Of a stretch of DNA of 64,000 bases, positions 1 to 15,847 are shown piece after piece. Source of the stretch: Paecilomyces variotii (lineage: Eukaryota). The DNA lies in the NCBI GenBank assembly GCA_004022145.1, contig RCNU01000002.1, one strand, 5' to 3'. Numbering within the stretch: the first letter of the stretch is position 1; every line of letters begins with the position of its first letter. The notes below the pieces were generated by a model. That model worked only from the letters and a program-made list of their open reading frames with translations. It was not told the DNA's origin and made no database searches. The position numbers and the translations under genes were made by a program.

Positions 1-245
1 GTTTCCAATTGCGCCTCGTGCTATTCGTCGCCTGAGAACCTGATCCAGAGTCCTTGTATTCCAAGTCTCAGTAGTGAGGCCAACCAGAATAATAATAACA
101 TAACTGGACCTTGACCGCGTGTCCGTTCATACACGACGTTAGCGCCGCCACCCCGTGTTGTTGCTGGTGTCGATCTCCGCGGCCAACCTTTGCATTCCGC
201 TCTGGATTTGTGTCCTCATTGGAATCGCTATGAGCGCGCGAGATC

Positions 246-2739
246 ATGTCGACAGCCTCGTCTGAGCTGTCGCAGTCTTCTAGCGACACGGATAGTCGCG
301 AAGGACATCCAGTCGCCCGGCGGATCCAGCGCCAGGGGATTCAGGAACGGCTCGACACTGCAGCGCCGCAGAATATTCTCTTGTCCCTGATCGCATTTCG
401 CATCCTCAATGCCCTGTGCGTGCGCACGTTTTTCCAGCCGGATGAATTCTTCCAGTCTCTGGAGCCTGCATGGCAGCTCGCGTTTGGCAAGGACAGTGGT
501 GCATGGATAACATGGGTAATTAGTTGAACGTTGGTTGAGACGGTGCATCGCTAATAGGAGCTTGCCAAAGGAATGGACGCACCATCTGCGGTCCTCGATT
601 CATCCGATATTATTCGCAGCTGTATATTATGTCGCCGATATCCTGTCATGGTGCCTGCGTCTCTCACCGTTGACGCGTGCGGAGGTGCTAGTCGTTGCGC
701 CAAAGATCACGCAAGCGATCATCGCGGCCGTGGGGGATTATTACACTTGGAAACTAGCGGGCAAGGTTTATGGACAAGGTAGCAATGAGGCATGGGCAGT
801 GGTATGTGGACAATGCCGGTTGTGATGCGAAGGTCTATACTGACGGTCTGCAGCGGATGCTTACCGTCGTAAGCCCATGGCAGTGGTTTTGCTCTACGAG
901 GACTTTCTCCAATTGTCTCGAAACAACCTTGACGGTCGTCGCATTGTACTTTTGGCCATGGAGATGGACTATTGCGCCTCAGAATAACAAGAGTGAGGAT
1001 GAGGACGACGATGACCTCATTACCAACAGTGACATGAACGAAGAGCCAGAGGAGCGCAATGAGTCTGGGAGGTATGTGGTCCACATGAATATAAGTAATT
1101 CATCTATCCTCTGACGGTTCTTATAGTCTGCGCAAGTGCCTGCTCCTTGCTGCCCTCGCATGTGTGCTGCGGCCCACGAATATCATCATCTGGATAACGC
1201 TTGCTGGCTTCATGCTATCCAAGGCTACCAGGGGAGAATGCTTGATCATTGCCAGAGAGGCTACCATTTGGGGGTAAGTTGCGGAAACCATCATTTCTCA
1301 CCGATTCTGACGGTAGTAGATCTTGCGTCTTGGGCTTCTCAATTTTTGTCGACTCTCTTTACTACGGAACGTGGACCTTTCCTCCCCTCAAATTTCTATA
1401 TTTCAACATAGCTCAATCACTGGCTGTGTTCTACGGTCGGAACGATTGGCATTACTACATATCACAGGGATTTCCTTTGCTTCTTATAACGGCGTTGCCT
1501 TTCGGACTGGTCGGACTATACCAGGCTGTCTTTCCTTGTACTCGTCCGCACCAGGAACACGCGGCAGCATCGATCAAGCGCCAGCTGGGCTGGGTTTGTA
1601 TCATCATGCCATCTGTCCTGTCCCTCATTTCACATAAGGAAGTCCGGTTCATCTACCCTCTGCTTCCGTGTTTACACATTCTGACGGCACCTCCATTTCT
1701 GGACTGCTTCCTGCCTGCGATCGCGAGCTCGTCCGCGGCGCACACGCCTCGCAGGCTTATCCTTCTTTTCCTTTTACTGGTGAATGTGACTATTGCGCTC
1801 TATACTACACTCACGCACGCTTCTGGTGTCATTGATGTTCTTTCGTATCTCCGTGGTGAGCACGAAGCGCACTACCAGGCTCAGACGCAACCCCCGCAGT
1901 CATCCCTGACCCCTGTTCTTCCTTCGAGTTCACCAAACATGACAGTAGGATTCCTCATGCCCTGTCATAGCACCCCCTGGCGATCAAATCTGGTCTTTCC
2001 CTCCATCCGCGGCTGGGCTTTGTCGTGCGAGCCTCCCGTGGGTCTCGACCAGACACAGAAGGCTGCCTATCTCGACGAAGCAGACCAGTTCTACGCTAAC
2101 CCGAGTGACTTTCTGCGAGCAAACATGGTTGGGGGTCTCCGACACATTCCGCGAAGACCGTCCTACCTTGCACCCTTTCCTTCCCTTCAGCGACCACAAG
2201 AGCTTCCTACGACACTCAAGGACGAAAAAGGCATGCCCCGGTTCATACATGAGTGGCCCGATTATCTTATCTTCTTCGCCCAGTTAGAACCAACCATGCA
2301 ATCCCTTCTGCGGGGCAGCTCCTACGGCGAGTGCTGGCGAACATTCAACACCGCATGGCATGACGACTGGCGACGCCGGGGTGACATCGTTGTATGGTGC
2401 CTTGATCCCAAGCTGCAGCAAGATTCGCGCGACAGTGCTCGGAAGAAGGAGCAAGCCCGTCGAGACAAACAGTTCGACAGGATAGTTGAGACTTTCAGAA
2501 GGCAAGGAAGACCGCAGAAGTCGTGGTGGCAATGGCCTTCCTGGTCTTATTCTGGACTACACTGGCCTCGTGCCTGGCCCTTTGCCAAGCAGAAGAGAAG
2601 TATATTCGAGCTTCCATCTGACTCGTTCTGGAGAAGGAACAAGAAAACAAACTTCTTAAGCGATCTCAAGCTCCCTTCCTGGCCTTTCTCATCGAAGAAA
2701 AAGAAGAAGTCGATTCTCGACCGCGAATTGTGGGAATAG
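246..2739 (+). CDS. GPI10: GPI mannosyltransferase 3 (Alg9/PIG-B family, GT22), multi-exon
   Basis: Consecutive ORFs carry [53 protein letters not shown] and LSCEPP..DEADQFY. First intron is 516-570 (GTAATT..CTAAT..AG). Stop TAG ends at 2739. Confidence 0.92.
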
Positions 2740-3461
2740 ACTGATACCGGGAGATAGCGAGCCCGTGCGCTGTTCCATTTATATATGTCTGAATTTTGTA
2801 TCTAGCAAACCTACCTCAACTGGTTAATGTAGAAGCGTGGAGGTCAGATACTCAGGACATCGACATATAGAAGTACATAGACAGGAGTACATATTTATCT
2901 AATTAATTTTGCCTTTAGGACAACAAAAGGACTTTTCACTTCAGGCAAGACTAGAACTTTTGTGTGTTGAATTTTGCTATGCATTATACTCCGAACAACC
3001 GCTGCTGAATTCAACAGCAGCAATTGGCTTTTGGATGGCTTTGTCGTTACAGTTCTATGCGTGGATTGAGAAAAGAGCAGTGGACTTGACTTAGTATAAA
3101 ATTGACGGTATATAATTAACCACAACAGCGTTGCTGCTCCTAGGAAGATTGTTTTCCAGTTCTCTCCTTCCTGTCATCCCTTCGCACCAACACATCACTG
3201 GTAATTCATTGCCATGCCCTAACATCGCCCGACGTTTCTCCCAAATGAAAGGAAGCTAGCTATAATCAGAGTCGCAGGCAGGCTTATTCCAGCCGAAGAT
3301 TGATGATCCCATTTCAATAGACCTTTCCCGACCAGGTGTTGACACTCTGGAAGGAGATTTGAGCAGTATTCTGCGGAAACTATGATCAAATGATGTGATA
3401 GTGTCGAGGTTCATATCTTGCAGTGTACATTCACTGGTACCAAACATCAATATGCAACTAT

Positions 3462-5549
3462 TCAATACAACCAGGGTCCTAGTAAAAGTCAATATAATGA
3501 TGATCATAGAGGGAATTCAAAGGACGCGAATAAGGGTCCCCACCTTTAATAAAGTTATTTTCTTGTTCCACATGAGTCGGGATCTGTAGTGCCCGTGCAT
3601 GAACGACATTGATTGCCTGCATGGCATCTTCAGCCTTCACAACAAATCTACACGTAGCGAACAGACAAACATTAGCTGGGGCCAGGATGATATATGTAAG
3701 TCGGAGTAGAAAGCACATACGAAATGTTTATCTCACTCGCCCCTTGGCTGATGAGGTAAATATTGATTTTTGCGGATGCGAGTGCCGAAAATATCTCGTC
3801 TTGGGATTTGACCCGCGTCAGTTGAGTGTTTTCTTTTACTTATCGAATCTTTTGCAGACGAGTCTTACTTGCAGTGCCAACCATGTTGCGCATTTTCTGG
3901 CCAATAACAGAGACAATATTCATGTTTTCCAATATCGTTACCTGTTCTCAGCAATGAGCCACCGTCGATTTGCGGTAGAGAAGAGCAGAAGGACGAATAC
4001 TGACCGATCCAAATTCCTGCAGATCAAGTACTAATTTATTGGTGATGGTCGATGCTTGGATTGCAAGACTGACGTTTCGCTCACTCGTGGTGACCAAATC
4101 CGGAACTATGCCATTTCGTTCAAGTTGACAGAATACAGAAGCCAGGAAACCTTGCGACTTGGTGGTCCGGCTAGATGTGACGTTGATGAGAATGAGACCT
4201 TCTTTGCTGGTAATGGCAGTTGGACGTCGCCTGCTTCGAGATTGCCCATGGTATCCGTTGGAAAGCATAAAGATATCGTCTGGCGGACTCTCCTGCACTG
4301 TTTCCTTCACCTGGTGATCTGTCTCTGGAGTGGATGGGTAGATCACGGTCCCTGATCCGCTGGGATTGAGTACGTTTTTCAGTCTCAAGACTATCTCGGA
4401 CTTGTGTAGTTGTTCCATTGTGAGGGGATGGATGACCTGCGCGAAAACATGGCGTAGTGTCAGAACTCAAGTTGTATGCTATTCCTGATGATGAAAGACC
4501 CTGCTTTCCGGACTTACCTCGCTGCCAAAAAAGGTCAGTTCTGCAGCTTCTTCTGCAGTGACAGTCGCCAGAACTCGCGCCGATGGTACTTTTCTGGGAT
4601 CCGCGGTAAATATTCCATCAACTTCTTTCCAAATCTGGTATTCCATTGCAGCCAGGCCTGCTGCACACATCGCGCCACAGAGGTCGGAATACCCTCTACC
4701 AACACACCGGAGGAGTGAGTGAGGCATGAGGCCAAAATAACCTGGACACATATGCCATGGTGAGTTGATAAATAATAATTCTACACATCGTCTAAGAGGG
4801 TATACATACCAGTGATTACAGGCACCGCATCTGTAGATTCAGATACTATTGACCCAATCCTGCGCGAGAGTCGATGGTAGAATTCTGTTCCGAGACGTTC
4901 GAACTGCGATTCCTGTTCTGGCAGAGATCCGCCGAACACTTCTGCAACAATGTTATCCAGGTTGATGACTCGAGCAGGAATGCCCTCCTTGATGGTCAAC
5001 GCAGCCGCCACGATCTTGCACGCCAATCTCTCTCCTAATGAGAGCACGCGGTCTTTAGAGCGTGCAGACAGATCTCCCACGACCTGGAGGCACAGCAGAA
5101 AAATTAGTACAAAGCAAAAAAGACAGTGACCACTGCTCTTTCGAACCAAGACGTACGTGGGCTGCAAGAAGGAATCTGCGAATTTCTTCGCAGTCATTGA
5201 CCACACTCAGTGTGGTCTCACTGAGAAGCAGATCGCTAGTATCGTTGGAATAGGCCCGAAATGACTGCAATTTATCCAGATGGGCATCGCGGATACTATC
5301 AATAGTCGCATTTATATGACCGATTGATTCCACTCCGACGATCTCTGCACATCGAAGACAGTCGAGAAGCAAACTTGTCGTGCCGCTAGCCTTCGTGGTA
5401 CCGGATAATGCAGAACAGACGACGGCGACATTGTATGTTTTCAGATACGAGGGAATGATCGTCCCACACACTTTGTCCAGCAATTTTCCGAGGCTCGTAC
5501 CTCCATATTTCTGGACAATCCATGGCTTTGGGTCAGGGCGAATGGTCAT
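3462..5549 (-). CDS. Aspartate kinase (HOM3-like, with C-terminal ACT domains), multi-exon
   Basis: Motifs WIVQKYGGTS, VAVVCSA, DRVLSLGE, VGRGYSDLC, QIWKEVDGIFTADP and EAAELTFFGSEV, then ACT segments DLVTTSERNVS, VSVIGQKMRNMVG and INIYLISQGASEINIS. The last micro-exon reads GPWLY-stop at 3462. Confidence 0.9.
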
Positions 5550-6102
5550 CTTGGCTTCGTGAAGGCTACTGCTTAGACTCTCAGTCGACGAATGATCGGA
5601 TGGCTTATCGCATGTGAAGGAATATAAACAATAGCCAACAAGATGCAGCCGAGTGAGGTAAGTTATCACATATTTGACACTTGTGCCATCCTAAGTCCTA
5701 GAGAAACAAAAAGAAAGAAGCAAATGTCGATGACGTACAAACGAGCTTGTTCCAGAGCCCTATCGAGATCACGGTGTTAGAAACTCTTATCTACATACTT
5801 CACCCTGCCCGAACTGCAAAGACCGAGGTCACCGATTCGGGCTTCGTATCAAAGGATCGCCGTGTGCAGCCAAGAATCGATCCATGGACTGAACAGCCAA
5901 CTATCTATAACGACAACAGTGTATTTTGGCTATCTCCAACTCTGACGATCTTCACGTTATGATTAGGCTGACCTGAGCGGGCAATGCTATATGTAGAGCA
6001 CCTTCTCCAACGGAACCATACTTCTTGTCTATCAAACCAAGGAACACGACAAGTTAAAATAGACCGACAAAGTTATACAACTGTAGACAGCCCAAAGCAA
6101 TA

Positions 6103-7258
6103 ATGCATTCGACGGACATGTGCGAATCCAAGTCTTCTGAGCTCCCAGTGCAGAATTTGGAGATTAAATTCGGCCTCAACAAGTCCTTTGCGAATCCAAC
6201 GCCAATGTGAGTCTGTTCCCAGACCTGGTACAGAACCTCATCAAGCCTCGCTAACGTGTATACAAGTGCGGTGTTAGGCCTTGCCATAAGTGTTACGACT
6301 CTGGGCTGCGATCTCATGGGATGGAGAGGAGCTGGTGGTGATGGCGCTGCGTCAACGTAGGTTTGCTTGCCCTTTCGCACTCGCAAATTCCTATGACCTT
6401 GATGGTTGCAGAACTGATCAATTGTTTTCTGCAGAGGAGCTTATTTCTTCATGGGTGGACTGCTTATGATTCTGGGCGGGTTTCTTGAGTTTATCTTGGG
6501 AAACACGTTCACATTCTTTCTATTCTGTGGCTACGGTGAGTGGCTTAAATATATTCACAGGCTTGTGAGTACTAATATGACGGACTAATCGCTTCAATGT
6601 GGACAGGAGGGTGGTGGTTGAGCTTCGGTGCAACGCTCCAGCCTTTCTACGGAGCGTATGGAGCCTACTCGCCCGATGTCTCTGATCCTTCGAAAGGACT
6701 TCAGACGACTGGATTCAATGCGAGCTTTGGTAGGGAGCGTCTCTTAATTTCTTCTCTTGCACACCTTCTCTAGGGGCGGAATATCCTACCTCTATTCCCA
6801 GCGAGGGAGACAGATAACCAACAACCTTGTTGCTAACGACCAATACCAGCATTCCTGCTCGTATTTATGGGCATTTTCTCCCTCGCTTGTTTCTTGGGCT
6901 CATTGAAAGTCCATATTGCGCTTGCCGTGGTGGAGCTCAGTCTCACCATAGTCTTCGCGCTGCTGGCGGGTGCCTTCTGGGAGGTCGCTATGGGAAATGC
7001 CAGCGTTGCCTCGAACCTCCAGACGGTAAGTATAGTGACTATCCTCGTTTTTATACACTGCGTGTCCGAATATAAATCTAATTTTGCTGCCATTTGTGAT
7101 AGGCTGGCGGAGCTTTTCTTTTCGTCGCAGGCATTGCGTCCTGGTATATCCTCTTCTCGCTTACCCTGAGCTCTGTGGGATTTCCCTTTACACTTCCCGT
7201 GGGCGACCTCAGCCGTTTCCTCACGAAGGAAAGAAAGTTTAGTGACGCTTCAGTGTGA
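6103..7258 (+). CDS. GPR1/FUN34/YaaH (Ato/Ady2/SatP/AlcS-like) acetate/ammonia-associated membrane transporter, about 6 exons
   Basis: Spliced by eye: FANPTP signature, MGWRGAGG, YFFMGGLLMILGGFLEFILGNTF, GGWWLSFG..P.YGAYGAY, F.ASFAF, AGGAFLFV..WY..LPVGDLS. Only partly visible in the ORF track. Confidence 0.85.
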
Positions 7259-8002
7259 AGTTATGTGGTCCCGAGACATGATAATTGAAGTAGGCGGGGA
7301 AAGACTAAGCAATCTAAAAATTGAACTCGAAGGTGGAGTGGTACGCAAGACGCTGGTTGCAAAGGAAATTATGCTGGACGAATACTTTCAAGCTACGCAG
7401 TTCGTCCTGTTGAAGGTAGTCATTCTGGATTCTGATTACGGTTTTGTTTTCGGTAGAACTATATATAGCTACGATAATAATTGATAATGGTGGATATTCG
7501 GGCACTCCACTCCTTGTTTTGTCTGCAAATAATAAGTATAACTATTTCAACATAGATAACCTAGAGACATATGAATTACCTAACAGACAGCCATAAACTG
7601 CGAACTTAATTTGTATGGCGACTCTTTCGAGATTTACATTGCTTTCTCCAATGTCTGTGTCTGAAGCGACGTCAGTACGGCTGAGTTAAGGGTGCAGATA
7701 CATATGTTGTTTTTATCCTTCCAGGGGGTTGTCCTGATTCCGCCAAGGGGATCAGTTTTGGAACAAGTGGTGCCTGTTTCATACCTACTTCCTCACTCAT
7801 TATCTTTTTAAAGACGTATCGCATCTCTTTAATATTCCTATCAAATATTTACAATACCACAACAGCCCAAGAATAAAAGCTAATTTCAAATTTCTCCTAT
7901 GAATCTCCAGGTTAGATCACGTTACCACAAACCTGGTATATAGGCCCCTGCATAAATATTCAGAGATTCAGAAATTTCTTCTGTCTTTTACCTGGATAGC
8001 AT

Positions 8003-9233
8003 TCACACGTATCCCCTGATCGCGGCAATTTCGGCGTTCAGAATAGACGAACCCGCAGCACCAATGACAGTATTGTGTGAGAGGCAGACGAAACGGATAT
8101 CAAAGTAGCCGCCATTGCCACTTCGGACGCGGCCCACACTGACTGTATAGCCGTTAGATATGTTGCGGTCCAGTCTTGGCTGAGGTCGATCAGGCTCATC
8201 GAAGACTCTGATTGTCTGCTCTGGTGCCGAGTGAGCACCCAGCCTATAGGCCTCAGATTGGTGCTCTTGTAACGCCTTCTTGACTTCCTCAGCAGTTGGC
8301 GGCGGTCTGTTCTTGAAGCGTAGCGACACAAATGCCATATGGCCATCTGTAACCCCGACTCGGGTGCAAGTAGCGCTCACCCGTAGACCACTCTGTTCCT
8401 CGAACGCGGTAGAATCACCGTTTATAGAACCGAGGATCTTTTGCGCCTCGTTCTCAAGTTTGTCTTCCTCGCCACTAATATATGGGATTACATTATCCAC
8501 GATATCCAGAGAAGGGACACCAGGATAACCAGCTCCCGAGATAGCTTGCTCGGTGAAGACTTCCACTTCCTCAACAGGACCAAACTTGGCTTGCAGAGCG
8601 GCGAATGGGATAACGATTCCAATGACGGCACAGTTCGAATTGCATACTATGAAGCCTTTCTTCAAACCAAGCTCCTTGCGCTGATGTGGGATAATCTCCA
8701 AGTGCGACGGATTCACGGTTGGAACGACGAGTGGCACAAGCGGATGTTTGCGGTAGTTCTTTGCATTCGAGAAAATTGGGATTTCAGCCTTGGCAAATTC
8801 CATCTCTGGATAATAATCAGTGAATGAGATCCGTGTGATCTGTAGACTTACATGGGAAGTAAAAAGAGACAAGAAAACGAATGGGGGAAATACCGATATC
8901 GCCCGCAACATCGCTATCCAAACCGGAGAATACCAGGTCACAATCGCTGAACTCTGTAGCTTTGCAGGCTTGGATGACAAGTTCGCCCAACTCTTTCGAC
9001 ATGGGGACCGATTGCTTCCATATGACCGCATCTTTGTACTTCTTGCCCGCCGAGCGAGATGAAGCCCCGATCTTGTGTAATACGAGAAATGGGTGATCCG
9101 CGAGAAGAAGGATGAATCGCTGGCCGACGGCGCCGGTCGCTCCAAGGACACCTTGTATAGTCAGCGATGGGTCATAAGACTCTCTTAGAGGTTCAGACCT
9201 ACCGCACTTCTTCTTTGTGACTGCAGGTGACAT
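8003..9233 (-). CDS. Aspartate-semialdehyde dehydrogenase (HOM2-like)
   Basis: GVLGATGAVGQRFI Rossmann motif, FSNAKNYR, catalytic NSNC, NVIPYISGEEDK, QPRLDR and SHNTVIGAAGSSILNAE. Two introns. Confidence 0.93.
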
Positions 9234-9916
9234 AGTATATAGATGGTTTTGGCTGTAGAAGATTGCCTTGTTATCAAAGATATTCGAGTCTCTCTACCTA
9301 TTGAAAGTGCCAGTAAGGAAAGCGCAAAACCAAATGGCAAGGATCGCTATACAATACAACTTTTATGTATAAAAAAGGCAAACAACGCTCGTGTCAAAAG
9401 AGTTACACACCAACGCCGCTTTCGCATCTAGCGGATAGCTGGGGTAAAGGCGACGGAGAATATCACCGGCCCCAAAGCTGAGATGCCGTTGCTCATGCTG
9501 TAAAAGGAATAGCTAGGAATAATTGATAGTGGTTATGAGCAAGTTTTATTACTGTATCTTCATTTCTTTTGTTTTTATTCGTGTTTCGATCGCATCCTAA
9601 CTTCTTTCGTTCTACCTCGGTTTCTGAGATAGTTTCTTTCCATTAACCCTCTCAAGGGACGATCTGATGTCATTCATATTCCTATTAGCCCCGTATCCGT
9701 GCGGCTTATCAGTTGGCGCCATACTACAATAGAGCGTATAGTCGCACATCACCAAACACCGCGACTCTGATAAGCAAGAGTCCAAATCCCGCATATCCCG
9801 GCGATTCTTCTCCAGGAGAGAGATTAGTTCTCCCGACTGAACCCACAATCACCGACACTTCTATCTTTTGATTGAAACTGAAGAGAGTATCAGTCAAGCT
9901 ACTTGTGTGAGGCCCA

Positions 9917-12546
9917 ATGGACAAACAAACCTCTGAGAAGCCGAAACGGAGCGATACTCGGAAAGGACCAATTGCTCCGCCGGTCAAGTTAGCCTGCCTC
10001 GCTTGGTACGCTTTAGTTTCTCGAGTGCTAAGTTTAGCGGATGTAGAGTATTGCTCGGAAACTGACTTTCCGGTGAAGTAGGCGCTCACGGATACGTTGC
10101 GACGGCAAAGAAATATGTACAAATGTATGTTGATCTGAATCAAAAATAATAATAACAACAATTATAAGTGACGCGTGCATAACTAATCGATCTCTAGTGC
10201 CTGAGAAAGGGACAAGAATGTGCATATACGCCTAGTAGACGCGGAGGCGCTCGAACGAGCCGCCGTTTTACGCAAAACGGCATGCAGAAGAAAAGCGAGA
10301 ATAAACAGGCTCGACTCCGTAAGTACTCGGATGGAAAACAAAAATATGAAGGAAGAAGAATAGAAACTCTTGTTTGATCCGTGCTGCTAATGGTTTGCCG
10401 CAGTCCCAATCGAACAATACATTGAACCGGGGGCCGGACTTAGCAACCTCGATGACAATTTTCAGGACAGCGACTTGATCTTTGACAGCATTTTTCACCA
10501 TGATCAAGATGCCATTATGTCCGACTTTCAGCCACTTCGACCAGTATCACCGGTGGTGCGGGCATACCAGAGTGATCGTGACGTGTAAGCGTTCTGCTGC
10601 CGTGGGCCAGGCGTTCAACAAAGGTCTAACATTTTACTGTAGACTGGAAGCATACTATGTCTACATTCATCCATATTTCCCTATACTGCCTCCCCCAAAT
10701 TCGATACCCACTGATCGTCCCATTGCCGTTTCTGAAAGCGAACAGAATCTCAACAATGCTGATTACGAGCCTTCGTCACCTCTCAGCCTCGGCATCTTGA
10801 GTATATTATCGTTGATTCCTCATCCAGATGACCCGAACCCGGGTAGTGAAGAGGCTGTCTTATTCCGCAGGAATTATGCCGAGTGTCTGGCCCAGTCAGC
10901 TTTGGAAAGCATCAACATTGAAACCGAAGTACCGGCGTCCTCGACGTCGCCTGCGCAGGTTCTCTCTGAAGCCTCAGATGTATATCAGCGCGTTCCTTTC
11001 CATCAGCATGTGCCAGTCGAGTTAGAGAGCATAATCGCCCTTTCTATCTTGAGCATATATGAATACGCACAGCGAGGAAACATCAAAAGGATGCGTCAGC
11101 GAGCCGGACAGGCTATCATGGCAGCTATGGATATGTGTCTCCATAGTGAGTCAGAAATGGAGAAACCGGATGAATTCACAGAAGCAAGGCGCCGGGCTTG
11201 GTGGATGACGGTAGGCTCTCACCCCCAGCCCTGGAATAGATCTCGCGGCTAACACCAACCGCCAGTACATCTGTGTATGTCAGGGATCAATTGTCAGTGT
11301 CACTGTATGTCGGCCGCTCTCTGTGTCTCGTTTATTGTTGTTTGCGGCTAATCAAGGATGATCAAGGAACCGACAATATCTATTCATGATCCGAGATTTA
11401 CTACTCCATATCCTACGATTGGTGCAGACTCGACTGTAAGCATGGCTCTAACCGACTTTCACCCGTTTTGACCACCCTCACTTACACTCCAAATACCAGG
11501 CATGGTCCTTCTTTATCGATACCCAACGTGCGATCGTTTCTGCAACAGTGGCTGTTGTCGAATTAAACAAAGCTCTGAAAGCGGGAACTGGCCTTCAATC
11601 GAAGCTGGAGCGCAACCGCGAGCTTGACAATGAAATGAAGCTGCTAGCTGCCAAAGCTGACGCGTATCTCCCACCACATCGCAGTACGAGCTTGCTAGAT
11701 CCGGAAGAGTCCATAGTTGCAGATTGCTTGAAATTAATAGGGCGTATCAAAGTGAACAGGTTGGCAACCCCTGATTCTGCTGTTGAAGACGGAGGAACTT
11801 TTGCTCACACTCTCTCCAGCGCAAGGATCAAGCTCCATCGATACAGTGCTTTCTTCGATCTTCCACTGTTCTCGCAGAAACACTGCGACTTGCAGCCATC
11901 AAAGATGCGCGAGGATGGTTCAGGATCAGGGAAGTCTCCGATATGCTTATGCTCTACCTCGACCGCCTCCCTCCCTCTACCACCCGGCTTGTCCTGGAAA
12001 GATATGAGCTTGCCAGAGACACCCTCTTCCCTTGCATCAGATATGGGCTTGGGTGTTAGGGACCTTCTCGGACTTGGCAATCAGATGTCGACCAAGATTT
12101 GTCTCAAATCGGCGTTGAATATTGCTCAGTGCTTTGACAGACTCCCATATCCTAACCCCTATGGCTCGCTTGGTGCATCCATTTCTCTAACATCGAGGAA
12201 TCCAGCATGGAATACGGCGCTGCCTCGCACCATGCCGTCCTTTGCGTGCTGTGCAATGCAGAGTGGTTATTCGATGCTGATGGTCCGTCACAAAGTAGAG
12301 CTCATGCACCCCAAGAATTCTACAGCCAATCCCACAGTTGCGAAATTATACAGCCAGCTGCACGAGGGTCTACAATCTGTCGTTGGAGCCCTCGAGAATT
12401 ATTCCATCGCGTTCGAAGCGCTCACGGGTATGAGGGGTACGTGAAATGAACCATTAACCTCCTGGACACCAAAAATCTTACTGATTGGACTTTCAGATCA
12501 AATAAAAATGATGATAGGCTCTTTTGATCCACCTAGCGAGAGATAG
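9917..12546 (+). CDS. Zn2Cys6 (GAL4-like) transcription factor with fungal TF middle region
   Basis: The spliced N-terminus reads CLAC-RRSRIR-C-DGKEI-CTN-C-LRKGQE-C-AYTPSRRGG (C-x2-C-x6-C-x5-C-x2-C-x6-C) over three exons. The middle region has YYVYIHPYFPILP and EARRRAWWMTY. Confidence 0.9.
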
Positions 12547-13066
12547 GACGCAAGGATGTGTGGAGTAGAGGGGAACTACTAGTTTGGTGTTGTGCACTAC
12601 TGAGGCAAGAAAGGGAACGGGAGCCACTATGGAGTCGTAGTGGACTCGAATGTTAGTTTTATTTCTACAGTCCATATACTATCTTGTACCCACGGGCGTC
12701 TGCAATTCAGCATATTAGTTTAGTCTGAACGTAATCCATCGTGTCTCTTGCTCCGCGTGTTTGTCTTATTCCTCTCTTCAAGGCGGTCGACGCCAGCGGG
12801 CAGATGCAGCGAGAACCTTATACTGCATACCTATATCCGTGAAGAAAATGCTGTAGGAACTGTAGTCGCTGCAGATATACATAGAATCCGTAAGGGCTTT
12901 ATGGTAGTCGTCCAATTCAACTTATCGGATGAGAAATTCCCGGGATGTTGATGGGTTACCCATTCCTATTTCCATGCAAGAAGCATCGCCTTCTGTTATC
13001 TTTCGTTGAACTAGACGGAGTTTCCAGATGGCCACAAGATCAGTGTTGTTATGTGGTTAAACCGAT

Positions 13067-13116
13067 CGGTGTTTGGCTCGGGTGTTTGTGATCGGTGTTC
13101 TAAAGCCGGTGTTTGG
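13067..13116 (+). promoter_or_regulatory. Four spaced (C/G)GGTGTT repeats upstream of the sulfhydrylase-like gene; candidate Zn2Cys6 binding array
   Basis: GGTGTT starts at 13068, 13081, 13094 and 13108 (spacing 13/13/14), each within a CGG-containing word. GATA sites follow directly. Confidence 0.55.
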
Positions 13117-13345
13117 GCAGATAATTACCTATCGATGTTGAGACATCGAGATAACTCACACAAGTTAGATAAGGGACTTGGTTTATTTCTTTACTGAACT
13201 CGTTATTATAGAAGGATATATTATCCCAGATGATTCCGCAAATATTAGCACGTTTGACACATTAAGACAATCATCTTCTCTCTCACGATACTATCTCGGT
13301 AGCTACTTGCCATCCTTCTTCCGACAAGAAACTACTTCAGCCTCG

Positions 13346-15008
<1,663 letters not shown>

Positions 15009-15847
15009 AGATCTTAGACTTTTCTTTTCTTTTCTTTTCTTTTTTCTTTTTTTTATTTTTTTTTTCTAACGCAGTAATGCGATTGTCTGATTTTGTCTTC
15101 TAGTATACTACAATGTCCATATCCATAACGTGTCTGCTCACGAGATTCTGGAAATTTTAGTTAAGCAAACAATATGTTATTTCCTAAGTCCAAGATATGG
15201 GGTTATTCTTTTGAGGTTAAACATGATATTCCAATGTTCTACCCGGTAGATCATGTCATCTGTGCGTTTCCTAATTTTGACAATAGATAGAGGGAAAAAT
15301 ATTCAGCGAGTATGATCCCATTTGTACAAGTCCTGGTTAATATATGTCGGCGCATAAAGGCTATTACATAATGACCTGTCTTATTATCTGTTTGTACCAG
15401 GCTGTTGACATAGAACCTGCTAGATCCGTGTAATTAGGAGATAAGTATGGGGTGTACTAGAGCAAAGAAAGCAACCTAGCGATCTACTAGGTGGTTCGGT
15501 CATGATCTTACTTCCGCGCCATTTAAAGTTCGAGAGTATATATTGAACTGTCGGAACGAGGACAATGCCTTGATAGATTTAATTCTAGGAGGTTCGATAT
15601 GTACATCGGCTTATACTCTGGGACCAATCACATACTAAGTGGAATTATGAAATTATTGTTATCCATTGTTACCAATGGCAATTTCTTGATTCACTGGCTT
15701 GCAGTCTACCGTTCGCTTCCCAAGTCTCGCTCACTTAAGAACACGCATCAACTCCTCCGCGTTTAGTCCCTTGCAATGAAAATGGATTTTCGAAAATGTC
15801 AAAATGCAATGCGCTGAGTTCCATTTGTTCTCTATTTAAGATCCCAC

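Noticed and set aside
7242-7505. Short ORFs on both strands between the transporter and ASA dehydrogenase as a possible hidden cluster gene
   Set aside because: No homoserine dehydrogenase or other motif was recognised, and no plausible spliced model was found.
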